DNA of 64,000 nt. Source: Selaginella moellendorffii. Lineage: Eukaryota; Plantae; Lycopodiophyta. The notes under the pieces were generated by a model. It was not told where the DNA came from, made no database searches, and saw only the letters and a list, made by a program, of their open reading frames with translations. Location: NCBI RefSeq assembly GCF_000143415.4, contig NW_003314261.1:3650880-3714879 (forward strand), given 5' to 3'. Numbering within the stretch: the stretch's first letter is position 1; every line of letters starts with the position of its first letter. Shown piece after piece: positions 36,180 to 47,370 of the stretch. A program made the translations under genes and the position numbers.

Positions 36180-39100
36180 ATGATATTCGGATCGAGCAGC
36201 CGTAAGTTTCTACATTCCAGTCGCTAGTGTCTCTGGAAATTCGCTCACTCTCTCCATTTCTCAGCCTTTGGGGCTTCTAGTCCCAGCCTCTTTGGCGGAG
36301 CGTCGGCTTCGTCCAGTCCGTTTGGCTCCACAACATCCACATCTCCGTTTGGGATGAACTCCGCGGCGACGAATCCATTTGCTGCCAAGCCATTTGGGAG
36401 TCCTACCTTTGGGCAGCAGACTGGCGGACTGTTTGGAAGTGGGACTGCTACCGGTGTGTTTGGTGCTTCCCAGGCAGCGCCATTTGGCTCGAGCTCCCCT
36501 GCATTTGGCTCGGCTACTGCGTCTCCCTTTGGCAACACACAATCAGCGTTTGGAGCCAGTGGTATGTGATCGGTCTATGTTTTCTCGTGCTTTGCTAACA
36601 TCTCTACTTTGGTTTTCACTGTGTTTTAGGAAGCCCTGTGTTCGGACAAATTGGACAGAAGCCAGCTTCGCCTTTTGGATCGTTTGGGAATACCTCGTCT
36701 CCCTCGAATCCATTTGCAGCTCCCGCGTTTGGGCAAACACAAGCATCTTTTGGGACACAACAGCTGCCTACTTTTGGTGCTAGTCAACCAGCTTTCGGAG
36801 CGAGCTCGACACCGGCCTTTGGATCGACGTCTGCGTTCAGTAGCCAGCCGGCTGCAAGCTTTGGAAATCCATTTGGAGCCACGAGCTCGGCCTTTGGAAG
36901 CAGCACTCCAGTGTTTGGCCAGTCGGCTCCTGCCTTTGGGACAGCTTCGTCTCCCGCTTTTGGCTCGACTCCTGCAGGTTTTGGCACCGGTGGTTTCAAT
37001 TCTCAGCCTACTTCTGCTTTTGGTAAGTTTTCCAGAGTGTTTTTGGTTGCTCTAACATGAGGTCCTCGCAGGGTCCACAATTTCATTTGGTGCTCGGCCT
37101 GGAAGCCGGGCAATCCCCTACGTTCCAAAGACCGAAATTGATGGATCCGCGACTTTGAAACTGTATTCGATCTCTGCTATAGAGGGATACCACAACAAAA
37201 GTCACGAGGAACTGCGATGGGAGGATTATCAGGCTGGAGACAAGGGTGGGTTTCTGGTTTTCATTCTTGATTGCTCACTAATTCTTTTGCGGTTTAGGTG
37301 GCCCGGCACCGAATAATACTGGGGTTTTTGGTCAGCCTTCAAGCAGCAGCCCATTCGGGTCATCATCTCTTACTCCAAGCGTAAATCCATTTGGTGCTTC
37401 AAGCTCTTTTTCCCAGCAACAAAAGCCTCAAACTAGTTTTCCGTCTTTTTCGACTACTTCCACTCCTACATTCGGTTCGTCACCTTCTATTTTCAATTCT
37501 GTGAGCGCTCCGGCCATTAGCAGCGCTCCCAGTTTTGGAACTTTCAACAGCTCCCCCTCCTTGTTTAATACCCAGTCGGCGTTCAGTACTCCCTCGAGTA
37601 CACCAGCATTTGGAAATAGTTCGTTTGGTGTCCAACAAGCTCCTATATTTCCATCGCCACAAACAACGCAACCAGTTTTCGGGCAGTCTTCTGCCCCCAT
37701 CTTTGGAAGTTCAAACTCTAGTAGCCTTTTCAACAACATGAGCCAACCCAAACCTGCTGGCGCCCCAAGTGTAAGTCTAATATCTTTGTGTGCTTTGTTT
37801 TCCTTATTGATGATAGATTTGTCTTCAGTTCTTTCCTTCATCTCAACCCAACACGACGTCATTCTCTTTTCCATCCCAGACCCAACCGCAAGGTATGATT
37901 CTTGATATTTACTGTTACAAACAACTGACACTTTTATTTTCAGGATTATTCCAAAGCACGCCCAGTTTGACACCCTTTGCACCTCCGTAAGTAGCTTTGA
38001 AAGAAATAAAATTTTCTTCTCTTTCTTCTCTTACATGTTTAATTTCAGGACCATTTCAACTACAATGGCTCCCATGCCTGCTCCTGTAAGTGCGCCATTT
38101 GGAACATTGCCGGCTATGCCGCAGATGTCTATCGGGCGAGCGGCAGGATCAAATCCAACTGTTCAATATGGAATATCGAGTATACCTGTAAGTTTCTTGA
38201 ACTTCTCTTGGAAGAACGCTGACGAAGATGAACTATGATTTGCAGGTGTCAGACAGGCCGGCGCAAATACATTCTAATTCCCTACTCATCCCAAGACACA
38301 TCACGCCCAGATCAAAAATCAGGATGCATGCGAGAAAATCCAATGCAAAGAAGGACTCTCCGAAGGTATCCTTTTTCAGTGAAGGTGAAGAAGCACCAGT
38401 GACTCCGAAGGCAGATGTATCTATTATTCCACGAGAGAATCCACGTGCGTTGTTTATACATCAAGTGAACCAGGCCCCTGTGACTGCAGTGGCTGCTAAG
38501 CGAGCACCTGATATCGTGAATTTGGAGCACAGTGAAGGTAGCTTTTACTCGTCAGTATCTTTTTCCTAACATGTTTGCTTGATTGACAGATTTATATAAC
38601 GAACCGAAATCTTTTCCTGTTGTTGGCGACGATTCATTGCCACCGGATATGTCAGGTTCGAAGCTTTCTTCCGTCGTATGTAACATGGAGCTGATTGTTT
38701 TTCTCTACAGGACTTGATTGGTCTATTCCAAGTACTACAGATGGTCTGCAAGCCGCCCCTCCTAAAAAGGTTTCGTCTAAGTCTCCATCAAAGCAGAATG
38801 GTGTTCGAGAAGAACTCAACCACAGGGGTAATGGATACATATCCCTGACGGGTCACAGGGCTGGAGAAGCAGCTATAGCTTATGAACATGGGGCTGATAT
38901 CGAAGCTTTGATGCCGAAACTCAAACACTCTGATTATTATACGGAACCGAGGGTGCAAGAGCTGGCAGCTAAAGAGCGTGCAGAACCAGGATACTGCCGG
39001 CGAGTGTCTGATTTTATAGTTGGCCGAAAAGGATATGGTCACATCAAATTTCTTGGAGAGACAGATGTCAGACGTCTTGATATCGAAGGGATCATCCAGT

Positions 39101-42100
39101 TCAACAAGTGTGAAGTGCTGGTCTATATGGATGAGAGTAAGAAGCCTCCTCTCGGACAGGGATTGAACAAGCCTGCGGAGGTCACTCTTTTAAATGTCAT
39201 GTGCATTGACAAATCTACTGGACGCAGCGTCACAGATGGGGCACAAGCGGAACGGTTTGAAAAGAAGTTGAAGAAGAAAACTCAAGCGCAGGGTGCAGAG
39301 TTCGTTTCTTTTGATGTCTTGAAAGGTGAATGGACATTTCGAGTGAAGCACTTCAGCCGTTATGCTTTTGATGAGTCGGAGGACTCGGAGGACGATGCTT
39401 TGGAATCTGGAAAACTGGTTCCCGCTGTTATGGATATGATGGAAGGGGTCGAGGATGAGGCTGCTTACAGGGAAAATGGCGCAGAGGTATTTCTGGAATC
39501 GCGAGGTCCGTCTTCTGTGGACGAAGGAGAAGAAGAGCTCATGGAGGATGTGAGATCAAGGAACCATAGGACAGCTCTGCCTCATTCATTGCCCGCGCAG
39601 CTTAAACTGGATCCATTGAAGTTGCACCAGCTCAAAGCATCGTTCTTTCCTCTGGATGAAAACGAGTCGGCAGAAATGACTGACGTTGGTACCTACAAGA
39701 AATCAACTCCGCCGTCGGTTATCAAGCAGTACAAGTCCAGTTTGGAAGAAGGCGAGTTAAAACGTCCATCGAAGCAGATAAAGCTGAGTCCTCATTCACT
39801 ATGGCAACGGTCACCAATGCTTCTGCCGCAGCAATCGTCCTTCCAGGCTCTTACTGCTCCAACGCCATCACTGGTGAAGACTTCGAGAAAGCTAACGTCT
39901 GGTTTCCGGCTTCAGGAATCTGACAGCGAAAAACTTTTGTCCACGAGCAATTCGGGTGGTGGTGTTGTCGATGCTGCACTTTTCATGGGGACCTCTTTCC
40001 GTGCCGGTTGGGGTCCAAACGGAGTGTTGGTACATTCTGGTTCCTCTGTGGGCCAGTCCAAAGCGACTACGGTGGTTTCGTCCTCCATAAAACTTGAGAC
40101 GGTTTCTCTCGACAGAACTGCAAGAGACGATCGAGGTAAAGTCAAGGATATCCTTCTTGATTTTCAGTTTAATGCTCCTCTCGCGCTGCACATGTCCCTG
40201 AGCAAGGTTGTGAGCGAAAGTAACGGCTTGAAGATGCGGAGCTTGGTTTGTAGCAAGGATCAGCTGGAAAGGCTCACCAACGACTACGAGGACCTGATCG
40301 AAAAGCAGCATGGTACTCCAGGTGTATCCGCAGCTGATCAGCTGGTTTTAAAGCATCAGGTGCTGGCATGGCAGCTCATCTGTGTTCTCTTCTCGGAGAA
40401 GGATGCTCTGGTCACCGAAACGGAAGAGGCTTCAGAAAGCATGGCTGAGATGAAAGCCCGTATAGCGAACATCGATCCGGGAACTGAAACTCTAGTGCGC
40501 AAGGCTGCATTTAGTGGCTGGCTACAGGACAGCGTCTTTCATCTGGTCCAGGCCGACTTAGACTCAACCGGGAAGGACGCGAGCCATATCAGGGATATAA
40601 TGGTCTTATTAACTGGCAAACAGGTGGAGCTGGGTGTGAGAAAGGCCATCCTTGCAGGGGACGTTCGTTTGGCGTGCCTGCTGAGCCAGGGCGGTGGACT
40701 GGTGGCAAACAGGGAGGACATCTTGTCGCAGTTGGAGGTCTGGGAGTCGGAGGGACTTTGCGACGGTCTCATCGAAAATGACAGGATATCGCTGTTCAGG
40801 CTGCTTGGAGGAGATATCCACGGTTCTCTCGGCGATCAAGAGATTGACTGGAAGCGCTTCATGGGGATGTTGATGTGGTACACGCTGCCTCCTGAGGCTG
40901 GGCTTCCGGACATCATCCTCGAGTTTCAACGTCTTGTTGAGGAGGGAGACGCGTTTAAGCCGGTTCCCATGTACATTGAAGAAGCACCAGTGGAGGTCAA
41001 GGAAGCTCCAGCACCACCGCCGGCCTATGACAGCGCTTACTATCTCATGCTTTTGCATGCGAGAGGGAGCCTTGACGAATCAGATGTGAACAAGATGTTT
41101 TCCTCCTCGGCATCTACATTTGATCGTCTGGATCACCGGGCCGCTTGGCATCAGAAGGAAGTTCTCCAGGCAATCGGCGTTTTGAATCAGTCGGATTCCT
41201 ACGCGCTGGACATGAGTTTTGTCTCACAGCTTCTTGCCGCCAACTTGATACATTGGGCAATTTACGTGGTACTCCATATGCCAGTGTGCCCGGAAACTAC
41301 AGGTTTGCACGAGAAGGTGGTCAAGGATATACTGAGCCAGTACTCTGAAGTTTGGAGCAACTCGGAGGTTCAGCAGAAGTTTATAGAGGACGAACTCGGT
41401 ATTCCACCGGAGTGGCTGCACGAGACTTTGGTAAGCTATGTGGGCTCAGTGCGTGTTCTTCTGACTCTTAGGATGTTTTTTCAGGCTATCTACTGGCTGT
41501 ACCGGGGAGACTTTGAGAAGAGCCTTGTGCATTACCTCAAAAGCTTTATGTGGCAAGAGGCTCACGTCGTGTTTATGACCAAGGTGTCCGCATCTTTGCT
41601 GCTAAATGGTAAGCAATTGGTTTTTGGTAGGCTATGGTCATCACCACTTGAACGCAGGGAAAAAGGAAGAGATTTGGAGCTACGCGAGCCAGATGGATGC
41701 GCATAAAATGGAGATCGAGAACTGGGACATTGGCTCCGGCTTGTACATAGACTTCTTTACTCTCCTGGGGTCCTTCGAGAACAGCGAGGCTTATGATACA
41801 GAGCTGGTACGTTCTTTCTAAAACCAATCTCGGTTCCACATTCTAAAGGCTGGTATTTCCTTCGTTTTGTAGGAATCTCCTGTGGAAGCCAAGATGTGTG
41901 CGTGCAAGGACTTCTTCGAGAGGCTCAAGGAGTCGCAACGATTGTGGGAAGCTAAAGCTTCGAAGCTACTGAGGTATAGTTCGTGTAGATTTTGTTTTTC
42001 TTCTCTTCGAGTGAGACTAATCGATCTTGTTAGCAGGCTTGCGTTGACGAGGATGGCCGATGAAGTGGCGGCGCTCCTGGTGAGCGAGAGCAAAGTTAAG

Positions 42101-42235
42101 CGCGTGGATGCGTCACTGGAGATGGAAATCCAGAGCGTCGCGATGGAGGCTGGAAGTCCCGAAGACGTCCAGCTTTGCCGCCTCCAAGGAGCCGTGTCAA
42201 GCTTCTCCAACTGGATCGTCCAAATCGCCGCGTGA
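36180..42235 (+). CDS. NUP98: Nup98-Nup96 precursor nucleoporin (multi-exon)
   Basis: FG-repeat exons, a GLEBS motif ([16 protein letters not shown]), an autoproteolytic domain ending FRVKHFSRY (HFS at 39349-39357), and in the same exon a Nup96 region ([30 protein letters not shown]). Confidence 0.93.
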
Positions 42236-42388
42236 AAGTTTGCCTGTGTGTTACAAATAAATGTGTGTGAAAGAAAAGAAAGATTCTTCCCGTGTGTAAT
42301 GGTATATTCTCTAGGGTTCTTGGGTCGATAATAAAAGGGTCCCATTTTCTTGCGTGGAATATTTCTAGGGTTCTTGGGCAAGGACAGG

Positions 42389-44645
42389 ATGTTGGAACAG
42401 CTCTTGATCTTCACGCGCGGCGGCCTCATCCTGTGGAGCTGCAAGGAGATCGGCAACGCGCTCAAGGGATCGCCGATCGACACGCTGATCCGGTCGTGCC
42501 TGCTCGAGGAGCGCAGCGGCGATCGATCCTTCCGCTACGATGCCCCAGGTGCGTCCTACACGCTCAAGTGGACGTTCCAGAACGAGCTGGGGCTCGTGTT
42601 CGTGGCCGTCTACCAGCAATTCTTGCAGCTCCTCTATGTTGACGAGCTGCTGGCCATGGTGAAGCGCGAATTCTCGGCGGTGTATTCTCCCCGGAAGGCC
42701 TCGTATCGGGACTTCGATGAGGTGTATCGGCAGCTCGAGAAGGAGGCGCTGGCTCGCGGCGAGGCCAACAAGGGACTTAACAAGGCAAACAGGAAGATCG
42801 AGGATGGAAGCAGCAAGAACACCGATCTGCGAGGGGGAACTGTGCTTCGCGGGTCGGTCAAGGGATCGGCAGGGACAAAGGGGCAAAAGGATGGGAAAGA
42901 GGATGACAGTGCTGCTGATCACAAGCCTGCCGCTGTTGTGGAGAAGGCTGGCCACGAGAATGGAGTGACAAATGGGAAATTGAGCAGCAGCGATGAGGAG
43001 TCCAAGCCGGTGGAGGTGGCCTTCGATCGGAGCAAGCTCCAGAAGCTGAAAGCGAAGGGGGGAAAGAAGACCAACGCTGCGAAGAAGGAGAAGGAGGATC
43101 CCAAGAAGAAAGTGAAGCAGGATAGAAAGCCGTGGGACGCTCCAGCGACTGGGAAGCTGGACTACTCCGAGCCTGTTCGTGACACCAACGACGAGGAGGT
43201 TGTGGAGGTTCACGGGAAAAGTTTGGTGGACTACGAGGAGGACGAGGAGTCCGATGACGAGGAGGCGAAGGACGAGAAGGCTCCTGCCAAGAAAGGATGG
43301 TTTTCGAGCGTTTTCCAGAGGTACTTTTCTTTAGTTTGCCGACACTGCTAGAGACTTTATGTTTCTCGATTTTTGTTTTTCTTGCGCAGCGTCACTGGGA
43401 AGGCGGCTCTTGAGAAGGCGGATTTGGTGCCCGCGATGAAGGCGCTGAAAGATCGTCTAATGACCAAGAATGTGGTACGTATGTTTTACGTTCTTGGGTT
43501 GTATACTCGGCAACTTTGCTTTGGCAGGCTGAAGAGATTGCTGAAAAGATATGCGAGTCTGTTGCTGCAAGTCTTCTCGGCAAGAAGCTTGGAACGTTTA
43601 CTCGAGTATCATCCGCTGTAAAGGTGCGTTTGCGTTGAAAGTCTTGGCTCCATCGAGCGCTTTAACTTTGTTTGTTTACTCAGGAGGCGATGGGAGACGC
43701 TTTACTGCGAATACTAACTCCAAAGCGTTCCATTGACATCCTGAGAGATGTAAAGTCGGCAAAGGACGAAGGTCGCCCCTATGTGATCGTATTTGTGGGA
43801 GTTAATGGAGTGGGGAAATCTACAAGTCTTGCCAAGGTTCTGCCATTGTTGTATTTGCTACTTGACTAATGCTTGCTCGTTACCAGGTGGCTTATTGGCT
43901 TAAAAGCCACGAACTGAGTGTCTTGATAGCCGCATGCGACACATTTCGTTCGGGAGCTGTGGAGCAGCTCCGTACTCACGCCAAAAGGCTCCAAACTACG
44001 CTGTACGAGAAAGGATACGAAAAAGATCCAGCAAATGTGGCCCGGGAGGCAATCGCCACAGCTGCTAAAACTAAGCACGACGTTGTGCTGGTTGATACTG
44101 CAGGTCGAATGCAGGCAAGTTTTTCAAAGCTTTGCTTCTCGTTGTTTTCTTTGCGTTCTTACAATACATATGTTTTTTTCTTCCAGGATAACGAGCCTCT
44201 TATGAGGGCCCTTGCGAATCTGATCAACGTAAACAAGCCAGATCTGGTGCTCTTTGTCGGAGAAGCGCTTGTGGGCAACGAGGCTGTGGACCAGCTCTCC
44301 AAATTCAATCAAGTCGGTGGCTTTTTCTTTTTTCTGGTTTCTTCCTCTGATGAGAGTTTCCCCTTGCAGACTTTGGCTGATCTCTCGGCAACGGCGAAGC
44401 GAAAGCCGATTGACGGGATACTTCTCACCAAGTTCGATACCATCGATGACAAGGTCTCAGTTCTATCTTTCATGCTTGCTTGCGAGCTTCTCTTATCAAC
44501 GTGTGTTTGTGTGTCGCAGGTGGGAGCAGCGTTGTCCATGGTCTATGTTTCTGGCGCACCGATCATGTTTCTTGGATGCGGTCAGAGTTACCATGACTTG
44601 AGGAGGCTCAATGTCAAGTCGATTATCAAGACTTTGTTGCAGTAG
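42389..44645 (+). CDS. SRPRA: Signal recognition particle receptor alpha subunit (multi-exon)
   Basis: N-terminal [16 protein letters not shown] longin-type domain. GTPase motifs [16 protein letters not shown] and TKFDT. GC-AG intron at 44115-44186. Confidence 0.96.
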
Positions 44646-44710
44646 TGATACTACCCGCAGTGTGCTGGTTGTGGAGGTGTGTTCTTGGTAATAAAAGACG
44701 AGCTTGCTGG

Positions 44711-47102
44711 TTACTTATCATCCGCGTATGCAAACTCCGACGAGTATATATCCTCTACAAAGTCGTCGCAGAAGAGCAAGAGCTCGGCAGAGATTTCTTC
44801 CACTTGTTCGTCCATGATCATGGCAAGTAGTTTTTCGTGCTTTTCATTCCTTGGCTTCTCCCTTGTTTGCCTGCGATATTTTCTATGAGTGTCAAATAGG
44901 AAAACTCAAAACTTACAAGTCGTTCCCCACTGTGCTGCCAGTGCTTCGATGCCTTGTCGGTTCCTCTCTGCGAGATTTCTGTGAGCTGAGATCGCGAATA
45001 GTGAAAAACTCAAACTTACATCTCGGTCATTATACTGTCAATCTTTGTTGGTTCCTCCTTTGTTTGCCTGCGAGATTTATGTGAGCTGAGATCGCGAATG
45101 GTGAAAAATTCAAACTTACAACTCGGTCACCACTAAATGATCAATGCCTCGGTGCATTGTTAGATCCTCTTTTGTTTGCCTACGAGTTTTTCTGTGAGCA
45201 GAGATCGTGAAAACTCAAAACTTACGCCGGTGTACTGTGATGCCTTGCTGGAAACTCTTTCGTTTGACTGCAGCCAATTTCACTTTGAGCGGGAACTGTG
45301 CAAGGGATGGTTAAAAACTTACGAGATGGTTTCCATGGTCTTCTCAGGATTTCTGTATATAAAGTCTTAGAACCTTTTAAAGAAAGAGTAAAAGCTCGTC
45401 CAACCTTGGAGCCATTTCATTCATCAATTCATCGAGTATAAATTTTCCAATGTCCTTCCCTTCGTCTTGGTCGGATACAAGCCACCGTTGCTTCAACTCG
45501 TCTTCCTGGGAGAGGAAGAAAGGAAAACTGAGTTTAAAACTCGGCAAACTTCACTTACATGTTTTAGCACTGCTAGCATCGAGTCTAAAATTTTATCCTC
45601 AAGCTGCTTCGCGTTGTCATTTCTAAGATCCAGTACTTCATGCCTCTCTTCGATTATCGGTCTAAGAAAGGCGTTAGAACGAAAATGTCTGAAAGACTCT
45701 GAAAGAGATTACTTACCGATGATGCTCGGTGCGGCTGCGATGACGATGACACTTAGCATTGTTATGTTTCGGCTGAGTTGCGGCTGAAGATGTGGTTGCA
45801 GCTGCGAAGAAAGTAAAAAAAAAAAATTAACGAAGATAGAAAACCAAAGAAAACAGACCTTGACGAGCAGTCTTCTCCCGTTTTCGTGCGGATTGCTTTT
45901 GCGACCTTCGCTTACATTTTGCATAGAGGAGCGCAACGAGAGGCACCTTCTTGGTCTTTTTGGGAGAAGGTTTTCTTGCTTTCTCTACACTTCTAGCAGA
46001 CTCTGGGGCAGGCTCGGTTGGAACGGACACTGGCGGACTTCTTCTGTGGCCACGCCTACGCGTTCCTCCAAAAGTTGTCCTGGTCCTGTCACTTCCCGAG
46101 TCATACTTGTGCAGGTCACTGTGGATAGATGATCTCCTTAACGGACGAAAACCGTGAGCCGGATGCCTATAATGCTTACCAGCTTGTCTGTGATTGTTGT
46201 GAAGCCATGTAAGCGTGTGATACTCTTGCGGTGTTTGCCCGTGTGTTGTGTGAATATAAGCAGGCCTGCGGGGAGACTTGGAACGCTGCTGTTTTGCTTG
46301 CACCGTGGCGAGCATGTCTAGTAGCTGCTGCTGGATGCTTGTCTGGAAGATCAAAAAAAGAGAAGAAACACCACAATCAGCTCCAAAGGTTTTAATGAAT
46401 CGAAGCAAAAATGTTGTAAGTATTGAGATACCTGATGATCATCAAGAAAAAGAGCAACATAGTACAGCATTTCACGCGTAAGCTTTCACGAACAACACAG
46501 ACTAGTACTCCCAGACAAGGTAGAAGAAGAAACCATACGCTCAAGAAAAAATCGAAAGCATTGGATACTGCATACGTGATGATCATCAAGAAAAAGAGCG
46601 ACAAATCGCCAAGCACAGCATTTTCACGCGTAAAAAGAAAACTTCCAAGACAAGGTAGAAGAAGAAAACCATTCAATCAAGCAAGAAAAAAAATCGACTG
46701 CTTTGCTATCGGGAAGAAACGAAGATTTACCTGAGCACAGTGACCCACTGTGAGCGCCTTGAGCTGCCGATTTTGCTCCTCCAATTGCCTCCTCATGGCA
46801 TCAACCTGTTCTCCCATCCCCACCGCCATTTCCACCACTTGCCTCACGCTCGCCTGATGCTCGCTCTCCCTCCTCTCCTGATCCAGAGCCGCCATCTCCC
46901 TCCGCCGCCGCCGCGCGATCCATGGCGGCTCCAGCGCCTGGAGGGAGGAAGACGAAGAAGCACAAGTACCTCCCCTCACCACCAGCGCCGATAATCCATC
47001 AGCCTCAGCGTAGCAGTCCAAATTCCTCCTTACAACCTCGGCAATCCGGCTGAATCGATCTGCGCGACTCGCCACAGCCGCGACGGTGGTGTCGTCCGCC
47101 AT
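44711..47102 (-). CDS. Coiled-coil protein with a Moonraker/KIAA0753-like C-terminus (multi-exon, micro-exon array)
   Basis: ATG at 47102 and a chain of GT-AG-bounded exons. The terminal exon 44870-44711 reads ...LLAMIMDEQVEEISAELLLFCDDFVEDIYSSEFAYADDK*. The family call is from recalled similarity only. Confidence 0.6.
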
Positions 47103-47370
47103 AGCCTTAGTTCAAATCTTTCCTTGCGCTCAAACAAAATAGGGCAATCCGGACCGCTCGCTTGTATGGGGCCAATCCTAGCCATTGGTTCTGGGAGAGT
47201 ACGATCACTAGAAGAGTAGTGTTTGATGATCGCTGGAAAGATGGAAGAGAGCACCTTGATCATGTCCTTCTCCTCGATAGCTCGCTTTCCTCCATCTCCA
47301 TATGTGCTCGCGATGCCATGGAATTAGGGTTTATATTATGGAGCATGGCTGAGGCGCTGCGACGGTGGCA

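Noticed and set aside
38366-38374. GTATCCTTT, a U12-type 5' splice site consensus in Nup98
   Set aside because: It lies within an open, conserved-looking coding stretch (PKVSFFS), and no matching U12 branch site was seen.
42389-44645. Functional linkage between the SRP receptor gene and the mini SRP RNA gene
   Set aside because: They are 42 kb apart with many unrelated genes between them; likely coincidence.
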